NCBI GenBank assembly: GCA_024277435.1
Contig: JAJRVJ010000031.1
Location: 11-64,010 of the forward strand
DNA from: Patescibacteria group bacterium
GTDB lineage: Bacteria; Patescibacteriota; Patescibacteriia; UBA9570
Direction of reading: 5' to 3'
DNA: 64,000 nt
A model generated the notes under the pieces. It saw only the letters and a list, made by a program, of their open reading frames with translations. It was not told the origin of the DNA and did no database searches. The translations under genes were made by a program, and so were the position numbers. Shown here piece by piece: positions 19,971 to 31,093 of the stretch (its first letter is position 1; each line of letters starts with the position of its first letter).

Positions 19971-21523
19971 AATACACCCCCCATAACCCCTCCTGAAATA
20001 CTAGCAATCATGGCATCTTGCCCGGTGAGATATAAATTTTTTACTGGAGTATGTGTTTTCAAGAATTTTTGACGGAACCGTTTAGGGGTATGCCCAGCAC
20101 CGTAAATTTCTCCTTTTGGATGTCCAGAAAAATGCCTGGTAGAGAGTGGTGATGAAATTTCGTAATAATCAATTTTTCCTTTTAATTGTGGCGCAACACG
20201 ATATAGTTGCTCGAACATCTGCTCTCCAATTTTGCTTTTGAGCTCTTCATATTCATCAGACCGCTTATTCCATTCTGTGCCCTCCCATTTTTTGAACCAC
20301 TCGTACGGTAAAAGAATAATAACTTCAGCCGTAGTGCGACCAGGATGTGTTTCTTCGGATTCAGGATCTTTAGCCGATGGAAACGATGCGAATGCAACTG
20401 GTAGCTGCGCATGTACATCTGTATAACCCGCTTGATTTACTACATGATTATACTCATCAGGAAAAATCCAATAATTACATTTTGGAAGATTAAGGTTTTT
20501 CGTTGATTCTTTAATACCAACATATAATCCCATGTGTGCTAGTGAAGGTGTAAGCTCCTTGAGTTGCTCTTTAAGAGAGTGTTGTTCTATTACTTCTTCA
20601 GGAAGTAATGTAGAAAATGTATTTACAATGCCAGCGTCACTAATAATTATTTTAGCATGAATGGATTTTCCATCGGCCATTTCTACTCCTACGGCTTTAT
20701 TTTTTTCTACGATGATGTTTTTTACCGCAGCTCGATAGACCGCTGTACCACCAGCCTCTTCAATAACCGGTACAATTGTTTCAGCTAGCCGCTGCCCTCC
20801 ACCAACTGGATATCCGGCACCGTCCATATAATGATTTGCTAGGGTGGCATGCATATAAAAACTACTTTCCGATGGTTGTAAGCCGTAATCACCGTACTGT
20901 GCAGTAAGCACGCCAATGAGTTTTTCATTATCGGTAATACTCTGCAATACTTCTAGCGTTGTTTGGTCGGAAACGCGTAATACATCTTTCCGTAAAAAAT
21001 TACCAAGCATCTTCGCAAGAAATGCTGGCAACACTTTTTCAATATAATACCCAATGCCTAGATTATTCACAGAATCAAGTAATGTGAAATACATATCGAT
21101 GGAATGACCATCCTCTTCAGCTGGGAAATATTCTTTAAGTTTGGCTATTAAATTTTTCCTGCCGCGTGGAAATTCATATTCTGTATCTCCAAATACCGCC
21201 CGATCATACACGTCATCTAACGGCTCCCATTTAAGATTATCATTCGTGATATAACGAAACACTTTATTTAGTAGCGTGCCTGGAATATGCACTTGACCAA
21301 CGTAGTGCAAACCCACGTCCCAGATATATCCTTTTCGTGTAAACGCATGAGTATATCCGCCAATGACGTAATGCTGCTCAAGAACCAGTACGCGCTTACC
21401 TTCTTTCGCGAGCAAGGCAGCCACACTTAACCCTCCGGTACCTGAGCCAATAACAATAGCATCAAACGCCGATCGATCTTGCTCTTGTTGTTTTTTAAAT
21501 GAAATATATGATTGCCCAACCAC
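19907..21523 (-). CDS. FAD-dependent oxidoreductase, phytoene-desaturase (CrtI)-like family
   Basis: AIVIGSGTGGLSVAALLAKEGKRVLVLEQ motif; ~540 aa. Confidence 0.55.
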   Translation of the reverse strand: MVGQSYISFKKQQEQDRSAFDAIVIGSGTGGLSVAALLAKEGKRVLVLEQHYVIGGYTHAFTRKGYIWDVGLHYVGQVHIPGTLLNKVFRYITNDNLKWEPLDDVYDRAVFGDTEYEFPRGRKNLIAKLKEYFPAEEDGHSIDMYFTLLDSVNNLGIGYYIEKVLPAFLAKMLGNFLRKDVLRVSDQTTLEVLQSITDNEKLIGVLTAQYGDYGLQPSESSFYMHATLANHYMDGAGYPVGGGQRLAETIVPVIEEAGGTAVYRAAVKNIIVEKNKAVGVEMADGKSIHAKIIISDAGIVNTFSTLLPEEVIEQHSLKEQLKELTPSLAHMGLYVGIKESTKNLNLPKCNYWIFPDEYNHVVNQAGYTDVHAQLPVAFASFPSAKDPESEETHPGRTTAEVIILLPYEWFKKWEGTEWNKRSDEYEELKSKIGEQMFEQLYRVAPQLKGKIDYYEISSPLSTRHFSGHPKGEIYGAGHTPKRFRQKFLKTHTPVKNLYLTGQDAMIASISGGVMGGVLCASAILKKNMLWKIKRSIKG

Positions 21524-21571
21524 TGTAATAGTATTACTAATATCTCTCTAACTATAGGTGAGTTAGAATAT

Positions 21572-22135
21572 CTATGCAATAGTCCGGCGATATACATACA
21601 CTGTATAGTCAGCTATTGCCAGTAAAGAAACTCCAAATACTATATATGATGCTACTTCAAAAAATGACTGATATTCAATGAGTAGAAAAAACAGTGCCAA
21701 GAATTGAAATACCGTTGTAAACTTACTTAAACGCCGAGCTTTTAACTCAACTTTTCTGAAAGATACTACAATAAGTTGTAAAGCGGCAAACACTAACGTC
21801 GCTACATCTCTCATAAAAAACATCACAAGAAATATGGCGGAAATGTCCATACGAATAAAAAAGAACCCAAATACCATTACTACAAATAACCTATCAAATA
21901 TTGGATCAATCACAGCCCCTATCTTACTCTCCTGCCCTAGTTTTCTAGCTAAGAACCCATCAAACATATCACTAAGCATTGCTACGATAAAAATAGCCAA
22001 GCGCACATACACATTAGGCGTCATCATCAACAGCACTGCTAACGGTAAGCGAGATGCGGAAACTAAATTTGGTAACGTTATTATTTTTTTTCCAATATTT
22101 TTCACTTTACATATAGTATAGCAGTAAATTACCAA
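21572..22135 (-). CDS. CDP-alcohol phosphatidyltransferase family protein
   Basis: D.FDG.LAR..G..S..G...D...DR signature (DMFDGFLARKLGQESKIGAVIDPIFDRL). Confidence 0.7.
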   Translation of the reverse strand: MVIYCYTICKVKNIGKKIITLPNLVSASRLPLAVLLMMTPNVYVRLAIFIVAMLSDMFDGFLARKLGQESKIGAVIDPIFDRLFVVMVFGFFFIRMDISAIFLVMFFMRDVATLVFAALQLIVVSFRKVELKARRLSKFTTVFQFLALFFLLIEYQSFFEVASYIVFGVSLLAIADYTVYVYRRTIA

Positions 22136-22670
22136 ACTAAAAGCAGCCCGATTGGACCGCTTTTATGCTTTCTATAATGAAGAGCTTTACCATCTGCCTA
22201 TTAATTTCCGTATACAGCTTCTTCATACTCTGCATACATTTATGCTACATCTTTAACAGTATCCACGGAAGATCGCGTTGCTGTATCAAAAGTAGCATCT
22301 TGCACTTCTTCAACCTTATCGTTAATAGCTTCTAATGTTTCTTCATCAACATTCTCTTATAAATGGTTGTAATTGTACGTTTCATATATATACTATTATT
22401 TCTCATTAATATTATTAAACATCTTCAATATCGTCGCCGAGTTCATACCCAACAATATTATCACCGGAAGATACAGCATCAGTTGTGTCTTCTGCGGAAT
22501 TAATTGCTTGATTTAGTTGATCCATCAAGTCCTCTACTTCTGTTGTGTCTATGCTTGTTCCTGTTGACTCAGCTTCTTTTACCACTACATCACCGTCGTC
22601 ACTGTCGTCGGCTTCCGTGGTATTAGATCAATTATTAAGTCTTACGAGGATTGCACTATAGTGTGCATTA

Positions 22671-23060
22671 CTATTTAAACGTAACGTCGATTCTATAGAA
22701 TTCATTATTATCCGGGTTGCGCATTTGCATGTCCGGTTCGCCCACTTTAAACGCAGCTTGTACGGCCTTAGCTAAGGATAACGCTAAGTTCTTCTCCTGC
22801 ATTGTGCACTGAATATGATTAGCATCAATTTGTGTGATATTTATATCATCTGAAGTGTTACCATGCTGCTTTATATGATTCTTGATAGTATTATTAAGAT
22901 CATCAATATTTGCAATGCTACTTACATTCAAAAAATTCACAGTGCTTTCATGAATAAATGCATGATCCTCTTGAGCTGAAGCGAGATCCTTACTTTTTGG
23001 TGATGGGTTAGTCCCTGTTTTAGAGCGACTTTGACTGATGGCGCGATTACGAGAATCCAT
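22671..23060 (-). CDS. hypothetical protein
   Basis: 129-aa ORF, no motif. Confidence 0.35.
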   Translation of the reverse strand: MDSRNRAISQSRSKTGTNPSPKSKDLASAQEDHAFIHESTVNFLNVSSIANIDDLNNTIKNHIKQHGNTSDDINITQIDANHIQCTMQEKNLALSLAKAVQAAFKVGEPDMQMRNPDNNEFYRIDVTFK

Positions 23061-23231
23061 AGTTGTGCTTAATTAATAATAGTAAATACTCATTACAGTA
23101 TACCATGAAGTGTCGTGTATGATGAACTTATTTATGATTGAATGTATAATTCTCGCTTATAGCAGTGTAGACCCTCTGAATGATCCCAATTAGTTGAGCC
23201 AATTAATTTAGCTTGCTCAACTCTACTATAC

Positions 23232-24221
23232 TCATAACTCATCCTCGGTTAAGGTTTTGTATGAACAACCAGCTGCGTATGTCATACCCTCTTCATCATA
23301 TATGGAAGTGTCCAACTTAAATGCCTCCCAATCCTGCATATGCTGTTCTATTTTTTGTTCGTACTCAGATCGTAATTTCTTCCCAAAAAATGTAAATGGA
23401 CAATAGTGCCCCTTTGATCCGTAAATGTCCAGCTCTACACGTCCGTGCGTACTTGACCATGTTCCCGGTGCGCCAAGTATATCACCAGCCTTTACGTAAT
23501 CTCCCTTCTTTACGGTTAAGTCCTTAATATGATCTATTCCTACAGTAATGCTTGGATAATTTTTTACTGTACCAATTCCAATCTCGTAATCGGCAGTTGA
23601 GTCTTGATATTTTCTACTGACAATATATCCATTGATTGGGCTGTACACATTAGCCTCAGGACTCACTCGATACTCAAACGTTGGTAATAACTTTGCACCT
23701 CCCTGCGCATCTTCTACTTCAGCGCCAAACTCCAAGAAAACTTTATCTTCGCTGTACGAGGCGTTAAAATCAAATGCGCCAGCTCGCCCTGTATCCTGAT
23801 CCCAATCCTCAAAATCTACTAACAAATTCTTAATGACCGGATCGGGAGCCTTAGTAACCGCTCTATAGGTATCGGACCATGGGCCGCAGTTCATTTTACT
23901 TGTACAGGCCCGGATTTTGAAATAATATGCAAGTCCAGACCTTAGCTTTTTAACCAAAAACTTCTTGCTATTTCTTTTAGTGCGATTTCGTTTGATAAAT
24001 CTAAATTTACCATTAGATTTCTCTCGTAGAGTTTTAATCTGATAAAATTCTACACCTTCTATTCGTTTCCACTTTAATTGTACGCGCTTAGTAGTGCGCT
24101 TTGTGATTCGAATATTATCAACTATCTCAATACTATAGTCCACCTCTGCATTCACCGAAGACAGCGGCAATACTACCAGTGCACTTACTAGGAATAGAGT
24201 GGTAAGTCTTAAAACTGACAT
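23232..24221 (-). CDS. secreted protein: Lys-rich FN3-like domain + degenerate M23/LytM-like beta-barrel domain
   Basis: signal peptide; K-rich FN3-like N-domain; C-terminal GDYVKAGDILGAPG...THGRVELDIY resembles M23 but HxH motif degenerate. Confidence 0.4.
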   Translation of the reverse strand: MSVLRLTTLFLVSALVVLPLSSVNAEVDYSIEIVDNIRITKRTTKRVQLKWKRIEGVEFYQIKTLREKSNGKFRFIKRNRTKRNSKKFLVKKLRSGLAYYFKIRACTSKMNCGPWSDTYRAVTKAPDPVIKNLLVDFEDWDQDTGRAGAFDFNASYSEDKVFLEFGAEVEDAQGGAKLLPTFEYRVSPEANVYSPINGYIVSRKYQDSTADYEIGIGTVKNYPSITVGIDHIKDLTVKKGDYVKAGDILGAPGTWSSTHGRVELDIYGSKGHYCPFTFFGKKLRSEYEQKIEQHMQDWEAFKLDTSIYDEEGMTYAAGCSYKTLTEDEL

Positions 24222-24257
24222 ATTATTAATGGTTCTCCATCTTTAATTACGTGATGT

Positions 24258-25030
24258 TTATGATAGCAATACACCGCCATCAATAGTCATTATTGATCCT
24301 GTCATATAGGACGAGGCATCACTGGCAAGAAACAGTGCAGCGGTAGCAATGTCATCTGGCTGACCCATTCTTCCCAATGGAATTTTCGCAAGAAATGCTT
24401 CCATGGTTTTTTTCATTTCTTCAGCAGACTGACTAGTCCCACCACTCATTTTTTCTACACCTTCTGTTGCAATGCCTCCGGGAGCGATAGCATTTACTCG
24501 AATACCGAGTGTGCCAAATTCCAAGGCGACGTTTTTCGTAAAGCCCCATACACCATGTTTTGATGCATCGTAGGCACCTAAGCCAACCATGCTTGGATGG
24601 AATGCATCTATTGAAGCAATATTGATAATATTGCCAGCTCCATTACTTTTCATCATTTGTGTTGCATTTTGCGTACACAGAAACACACTGCGCATATTCA
24701 CTGCTTGCACCTTGTCCCAAAATTCAACTGTCATATCTTGTACGGATGCTGTTGGGAAAATACCGGCGTTATTTACACATATATCTAACTGTCCAAATTC
24801 TTCACCTCTTGCTCATCACTAACATCGGTTTTTACAAATACACACCGCGTCTCAGAAGTAGTAAGTGCCTCAGCTTTTTGAGAACCAACTTCTTCATCAA
24901 TATCAGCAATAATAACATGCGCGCCAGCCTCATGAAAACGCTGCGCAATACCGTACCCAATACCCATTGCGGCACCAGTAATAACAGCTACTTTACCTTC
25001 TAAATTAAAAAGTTCTTGTATAGTTTTCAT
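24258..25030 (-). pseudogene. short-chain dehydrogenase/reductase (SDR), frameshifted
   Basis: N-part (TGAAMGIG) ORF 24785..25030 and C-part (YDASK, NAIAPG) ORF 24258..24734; [13 protein letters not shown] motif readable only in a +1 frame across 24735-24800. Confidence 0.55.
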
Positions 25031-25137
25031 ATGTATGAACTATAATAATTAAACACTTATATATGTAGTGTACTCTATCCGACTAAAAAAGCACACGGCA
25101 CTGGCTATCGCATGAGTACTTATGCTAAGATGCGTGA

Positions 25138-26943
25138 ATGGCTACAGATATTCAAAACATTCTCGAAGACACATTTGGATTTACCACCTTTCGTGATAAT
25201 CAAGCAGAAATTATTGAACATGTATTAAACGGCAACGATGCTCTCGTTATTATGCCTACTGGTGGAGGGAAATCTCTCTGCTATCAACTGCCAGCCCTGC
25301 ACTTAAATGGGCTTACCGTAGTGGTTTCACCATTAATAGCATTAATGGACGATCAGGTATCTGCCCTACAACAGTTGAATATCTCGGCGGGCGCACTCCA
25401 TAGTAATGCTACCGAACAAGAAGCCCGCAGTATATATAGCGATATTCGCAGCCGTACCCTGGATTTATTATACGTATCTCCTGAACGCCTATTATCGGAA
25501 AGCTTCTTGAATTTTCTTACAAATCAAGAAGTATCCCTATTCGCTATTGATGAAGCCCATTGTGTATCGGTATGGGGTAACGATTTTCGGCCAGAGTATG
25601 TAAAACTCTCTGCGATAAAAAAACACTTTCCGGATGCACCTGTATTAGCGCTTACTGCTACGGCTGATCATGCAACGCGAGCTGATATTCTTCATCAACT
25701 AGATTTAGATGATGGGCGCACATTCCTTAGTAGCTTTGAACGAGCCAATATTACATCACACGCCAAACCTGGACAAAAACGCATCGATCAAATAGTGCAG
25801 TTTATTTCAAATAGTACTAATAAAGATAAACCAGGAATTGTGTATTGCTTAAGCCGCCGGAGCACAGAAAAAGTTGCGGCAGATTTAGTAGCTCGCGGTT
25901 TTGATGCCGAGTTTTATCATGCAGGCGTTAATGCCGAAGATCGTAGACGTATTCAAACAGACTTTCAAAATGACAATATCCAAATTATCTGCGCCACCAT
26001 TGCCTTTGGCATGGGAATTGATAAACCAAATATAGCTTGGGTAATTCATTATAATCTCCCAAAAAATATTGAAGGCTACTACCAAGAAATTGGACGGTCT
26101 GGTCGTGATGGCAATCCTGCGGAAACACTTCTCTTCTATAGCTGGCGAGATTTCTTGCAACTACAATCGTTTATTGATGATAGTGAATCCGAAGAGCATT
26201 TCAAACAACTACAAACTGCCAAACTCCAACGTATGTGGCAATTTGCTACAGCCATGAACTGCCGCACAAACCTTGTATTAAATTACTTTGGTGAATACCG
26301 AGCTGATGATTGCAAGCATTGTGATAATTGCATTACTCCTCCTGCCATTATTGATGGAACAGTACACACACAAATGGCATTATCTGCCCTGGTGCGCACG
26401 CAAGAACAAGTTGGCCTAAATACGCTTATTGGAATATTACGTGGATCCAACCAGGCTGATATTCGACACCATAACTATCATGAAATAAAAACCTTTGGTG
26501 CCGGCAAAGAAACATCGTTTGAACACTGGCAGCATTATATTCATCAACTCCTCAACCTAGGCCTTATACGGGTAGATTTTACAGATTCCTCTCGTTTAAA
26601 ACTTACACCTCTATCTGAAGCTGTGCTTACAGGTAAATCTAAAGTGAAATTAGCAAAATTTGTATCAGAAGAAGAACAGAAGAAGACTCAGGCTAAACGC
26701 ATTAAGATAACTGAGGAAAATGTAAATGATGATTTATTAGATAGCCTAAAAGTTTGGCGCAAAGAACTCGCTAAAGAACAGGGCGTTCCAGCCTTTGTTA
26801 TTTTCAACGATAAAACTCTATTGCAGGTTGCTAGCACTTTACCAAAAAATGATGGTGAATTATTAGCCGTAGATGGAATTGGTCCGGTGAAACTTGAAAA
26901 ATACGGCAGCGCAGTACTAAAAATAGTTAAGAAGCACTCATAA
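25138..26943 (+). CDS. recQ: ATP-dependent DNA helicase RecQ
   Basis: DEAH (FAIDEAHCVS), RecQ-Ct zinc cluster (CKHCDNC), C-terminal HRDC. Confidence 0.85.
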   Translation: MATDIQNILEDTFGFTTFRDNQAEIIEHVLNGNDALVIMPTGGGKSLCYQLPALHLNGLTVVVSPLIALMDDQVSALQQLNISAGALHSNATEQEARSIYSDIRSRTLDLLYVSPERLLSESFLNFLTNQEVSLFAIDEAHCVSVWGNDFRPEYVKLSAIKKHFPDAPVLALTATADHATRADILHQLDLDDGRTFLSSFERANITSHAKPGQKRIDQIVQFISNSTNKDKPGIVYCLSRRSTEKVAADLVARGFDAEFYHAGVNAEDRRRIQTDFQNDNIQIICATIAFGMGIDKPNIAWVIHYNLPKNIEGYYQEIGRSGRDGNPAETLLFYSWRDFLQLQSFIDDSESEEHFKQLQTAKLQRMWQFATAMNCRTNLVLNYFGEYRADDCKHCDNCITPPAIIDGTVHTQMALSALVRTQEQVGLNTLIGILRGSNQADIRHHNYHEIKTFGAGKETSFEHWQHYIHQLLNLGLIRVDFTDSSRLKLTPLSEAVLTGKSKVKLAKFVSEEEQKKTQAKRIKITEENVNDDLLDSLKVWRKELAKEQGVPAFVIFNDKTLLQVASTLPKNDGELLAVDGIGPVKLEKYGSAVLKIVKKHS

Positions 26944-27121
26944 GTTACTATCGTACTTTTTGTACTCTAAAGTATTGATCACTTAATATATCAAGAATAA
27001 AATATGATTCCTCCATACTAACCGATCGATGCAGGACATCGCGCAAAATATGTAAGCTCGGTTTGATCTCACATATTTCTTTTTTACTTTCTTGTTTTTT
27101 GGAGTTTTTACTTGCACTCTA

Positions 27122-27589
27122 TTACTTTGTGCACTCTATGCGATTTGGGCTTGATAGCAATTCACATTGAACAGTGTCGGTTGCTATCACGTTATGAACA
27201 GTATCATTAATATCAAGTGTACCCGTGTACATCCACCAAAACCCTAGTGATGTAAGTTCTGACCAGGAGCTCGCTGTGAACGACACTTCAACTCTACACA
27301 GTAAACGGTGACCACCACTACCACATAATGGCGAGATACTTGGATATGTTATTACAACATCACCCCCATCAAACGATCCTGACGTGGTTACAGTATCTGT
27401 AAGAAATGATCCATAATACGTTTTTACGGTGAGTTCTGGACTACCAAATAACCCGCCACTTGCTGCTGTAATTTCCTCGAAGGTGATTTCTACAGGAATA
27501 TTTGCCGCAGAAACAGATGACGCCCCAGTAAATGCAAATACTGCTGTTACGGTAATGATACTAATATATCTATATATATTCATAGCCAT
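27122..27589 (-). CDS. secreted hypothetical protein
   Basis: signal peptide; no motif. Confidence 0.4.
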   Translation of the reverse strand: MAMNIYRYISIITVTAVFAFTGASSVSAANIPVEITFEEITAASGGLFGSPELTVKTYYGSFLTDTVTTSGSFDGGDVVITYPSISPLCGSGGHRLLCRVEVSFTASSWSELTSLGFWWMYTGTLDINDTVHNVIATDTVQCELLSSPNRIECTK

Positions 27590-27807
27590 TGAAGTTAAAA
27601 ATTTATCTTAGTTAAATAAAAACTCGCCTAAAACCCCACTAATGGGAGAGCGAGTACGCTTCTAGACTATTTATTCTTTATTGAAATAGGTCGTCTGAGT
27701 AAACCTGCTACCGTAGCTTACGCCACGAGAACGAAATAAGGATAGCGGATTATATACTTAATGTCAAGGTTGTCCACACTACGTAATATGGACAACCACC
27801 AACCAGT

Positions 27808-29505
27808 CTACTCCTCTCTATATTCGTAATATTCACAGCTCTTGGTAGCGTCCTGATCCTTCAACGCCTGATTAATGGCATCCTTTGTGCGATCAAATAT
27901 ACGATTCTCTCCAAACTCTTTTAGTAGTGAAGATTTATTGATCGCATCTTTTACTTGTGGTTGTAATCCACATAAGTACACGGATCGTTGTGGTTTATGA
28001 ATATGTAAAATACTACGCAGTGCGTTTATACCAGTTACATCAATTAATGAAGTATCGTGTAAACGTAGAATGATCCCCTGCGTGTGCATCTCTCTATCAA
28101 GTGCATCAATGGCACTATGCACAGCTCCAAAAAACAGAGGTCCATCTATATTAAATACACTGATATGAGGGCAATCCACTGGTTTTACTGAAGGCACAAA
28201 TACCTCCCCTTTATCACGATCAAGTATGGCATGACTAACTTCTAACTTACTCACGTCACGCAAAAATAATAACGCTGCCAATACCAATCCAATGGGTATA
28301 CTAATGGTAAGATCTAAGAATACGGTAAGTAATAGCGTAACAAGCAGAACTCCTGCATCTGATTTACCACCAAACCGTATCATATCAATGATCTGACGAG
28401 GCTCAAGCATACGACCAGCTACAATTAGTAACACTCCGGCTAACGCAGCTAATGGAATTTTACTTACGAGTGGAGCAAATAATAACATGATTGCCAATAA
28501 AATTAATCCATGAAAAATGTTGGCCATTCGGGTTTTACCACCAGCTCTAATATTTAATCCGGTACGAGCAATTACCCCACTAACCGGAATCCCTCCAACT
28601 AAGGCTGATCCTACATTAGCCATACCAACACCCACTAATTGAGCATTTGAATGATGTTTGGTTTTAGTCATACCATCGGCCACTACACTTGTGAGTAGTG
28701 TTTCAACCATAGCTAATCCAGCAATAGCCAGCGCTGGCCCGATTAACTCTGGCACCATACTAAAATAAAACTGAGGCACGTGTACCGCCGGTAGCGTAGC
28801 AGAAATTACTCCATAGACACTCTCGATTGTAGAAACTTGGAATTGAAATACAATAGCTATAATAGTGGCTGCAACAATCCCTATCAAAGCAGCTGGTAAC
28901 TTTGGTTTCCAACGCTGCATTGCAACCATTGCAACAGCAGTTATTACAGTAACCATTACAGCTGGCCAATATGTGGATCCTAAATGCGATGCCACTTCCA
29001 TAATATTCTGATGAAAATATTCATGCTTCTCTATATCAGAAAGCCCAAATATACTGGTAAGTTGCGTACTTAAAATAACTACAGCAATACCACTCGTAAA
29101 CCCTACAATTACTGGGTATGGAATATACCGCACCAGGCTTCCTAAACGGAAAATAGCTACTATTATCATAATAACTCCTGCCATTATTGTAGTAACTAAC
29201 ATTTTTTCATATCCAAATTTCAGCACGACGCTAAATAATATAGCAATAAACGCGCCAGCTGGACCCGCAATAGTAAAGTTGGATCCACCTACTATACCAG
29301 CAATCAACCCCGCAGCAATCGCTGCGTATAAACCAAGCTGTGGATCTAATCCCGCACTAATAGAAAAAGACATAGCAAGTGGCAGTGCCACAAGAGCCAC
29401 AATAACGCCAGATAACAAATCTGCCTGGAGAGAACTTAGTGAGTACTTTCCAATACTGCGAATGCGTTCATGATAAAATTGTACTATACCCTGACTTTTT
29501 GACAT
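27808..29505 (-). CDS. SulP-family anion transporter with C-terminal STAS domain
   Basis: SulP TM signature, STAS-like C-terminus. Confidence 0.8.
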   Translation of the reverse strand: MSKSQGIVQFYHERIRSIGKYSLSSLQADLLSGVIVALVALPLAMSFSISAGLDPQLGLYAAIAAGLIAGIVGGSNFTIAGPAGAFIAILFSVVLKFGYEKMLVTTIMAGVIMIIVAIFRLGSLVRYIPYPVIVGFTSGIAVVILSTQLTSIFGLSDIEKHEYFHQNIMEVASHLGSTYWPAVMVTVITAVAMVAMQRWKPKLPAALIGIVAATIIAIVFQFQVSTIESVYGVISATLPAVHVPQFYFSMVPELIGPALAIAGLAMVETLLTSVVADGMTKTKHHSNAQLVGVGMANVGSALVGGIPVSGVIARTGLNIRAGGKTRMANIFHGLILLAIMLLFAPLVSKIPLAALAGVLLIVAGRMLEPRQIIDMIRFGGKSDAGVLLVTLLLTVFLDLTISIPIGLVLAALLFLRDVSKLEVSHAILDRDKGEVFVPSVKPVDCPHISVFNIDGPLFFGAVHSAIDALDREMHTQGIILRLHDTSLIDVTGINALRSILHIHKPQRSVYLCGLQPQVKDAINKSSLLKEFGENRIFDRTKDAINQALKDQDATKSCEYYEYREE

Positions 29506-29628
29506 GAAAAAAGATTATAGCATAAAGACTTAATTATTTGCAATATTAGCAGCTCATTTACCTACTCTTCACAGAAGCTAGAGCTTGCGATACACTTTGA
29601 TTATTACTAATTAAGACTCATACATATT

Positions 29629-29814
29629 ATGAAAACTCTAAAATGCGACTTATGCGGAGTAACAGCGGACGGTGAAACATTCGAAGGATGGATGCAGGCA
29701 CTTATGCCACATTACATGGAAGCGCATGCTGATGTAATGAAGGATCCGAGCCATGGTGAGGAAGAAAAGCAAAAATGGATGGCGGAAAATAAGGCACGGT
29801 TTGACGCTGTATAA
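29629..29814 (+). CDS. DUF1059-like small protein
   Basis: 61 aa, MKTLKCDLCG...H...H pattern. Confidence 0.35.
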   Translation: MKTLKCDLCGVTADGETFEGWMQALMPHYMEAHADVMKDPSHGEEEKQKWMAENKARFDAV

Positions 29815-29920
29815 AATGCCAATCCTGCATATTCCAGCGCGATTTCATCCATAGGTAATGTTGATAAATTATGCTCTAAAATATCAGCTAGCTGAGGAAT
29901 TTCTGAATCTAATTCGTCTA

Positions 29921-30154
29921 TCAAAGTGTAAATGGACCTACCCAGTATACACCTAACGGATCATAAAACTGCTCAACCACATATTCTTCTCCGCAGAAAT
30001 ATGCTGTACGAGAAAATCCACCACCTACAACCAACTGATCAGCTATGTTAGTAAATAGCTCAACTTTCTCTACGCTATCATCTCCGTTTATGCATTCCAT
30101 ACGTGGGTTAAGTACGTTTGGGCCATCCAAAAATTGAATATTCGTAGTCTGCAA
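29921..30154 (-). CDS. hypothetical small protein (possibly fragment)
   Basis: 77-aa ORF; neighbouring overlapping ORF 30088..30297 suggests disrupted gene. Confidence 0.2.
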   Translation of the reverse strand: MQTTNIQFLDGPNVLNPRMECINGDDSVEKVELFTNIADQLVVGGGFSRTAYFCGEEYVVEQFYDPLGVYWVGPFTL

Positions 30155-30373
30155 TGTTGTATAATCGTGTGTTCCATTACGAAATATTTTTTCTGGGTCA
30201 GAATATTTGATATATAGGTAATACGATCACGCTGCTCCTTAGATGCCATCACGTTCAGATGTATACAAAATATACTAGTTTGTATACATTCGATCAATAA
30301 ATATACTGATTTAATGGAAGAGTTATAAAACCTAAAGCGACCAGAACCTACCGGAAAGATGTATAGTGGTTAA

Positions 30374-30940
30374 CTATTTGTTTTTTTGCGGATGATAATC
30401 TTTTTGCCACACACCCTCGTCAAGCTTAGTATATCCAGCTGCTTCTAAAATGGGTTGAAATACATTATTCCATTGTGTGGAGTTGAGTCCTCCATCTGCT
30501 TCAGGATAATCTTCAGAACGCTCGGCTATGTCGCAAATAGACTTGTTTAACGCATTGGCTCTATGCTGTAAGTATGCGCGCATACTGGCATATAGCTTAC
30601 GGCCAACAGCCACCCCTTTCAAATCATCTGTATTTCGTAACAGCTTAGCCACACCCATATCAGACTTTAAACCTTCCTCTTCATAAATATGTATGTATCC
30701 TTTATACGCAATCTGGCTATTCCAGGATACGTAAAAACGAATGAGCTCTTCCCCTTGAGCATTATGGTGTTCGCGAGAAGCCTCAATAAAAAATTCATGT
30801 CCGCTGGCTTCAAAAGAAAATTCTCCATATTCCCCCGCTTTTTCAGCATCTCTAAATGGAGTGTCACGTTCAGTCCAATTAAATGATCTAAAATCCATTA
30901 GTGCTTTAGGTGGATTAAACTGTCTTCGTTCTAATTGCAT
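30374..30940 (-). CDS. GNAT-like acetyltransferase (tentative)
   Basis: KGVAVGRKL resembles GNAT motif A (R/Q-x-x-G-x-G/A). Confidence 0.3.
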   Translation of the reverse strand: MQLERRQFNPPKALMDFRSFNWTERDTPFRDAEKAGEYGEFSFEASGHEFFIEASREHHNAQGEELIRFYVSWNSQIAYKGYIHIYEEEGLKSDMGVAKLLRNTDDLKGVAVGRKLYASMRAYLQHRANALNKSICDIAERSEDYPEADGGLNSTQWNNVFQPILEAAGYTKLDEGVWQKDYHPQKNK

Positions 30941-31093
30941 TATAATATGTTGATTGTATGATATATCCTTCTGTAGTATATCAAGATTTTCGTCACTGTA
31001 AATAAATTAGGGGGTGTTGAGAAAAGGAACGAAGGAAACGATAGTGGGCGGCGCGGGAGACACGTTTTTAAACTTTGTACTAGTTGGTAGAGG

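Noticed and set aside
27766-27793. 8-bp inverted repeat GTTGTCCA-N12-TGGACAAC downstream of sulP
   Set aside because: Short stem, no T-run; insufficient to call a terminator or operator.
29712-29924. Minus-strand ORF overlapping the DUF1059-like gene
   Set aside because: It fully overlaps a better-supported + strand gene and has no motif; likely spurious.
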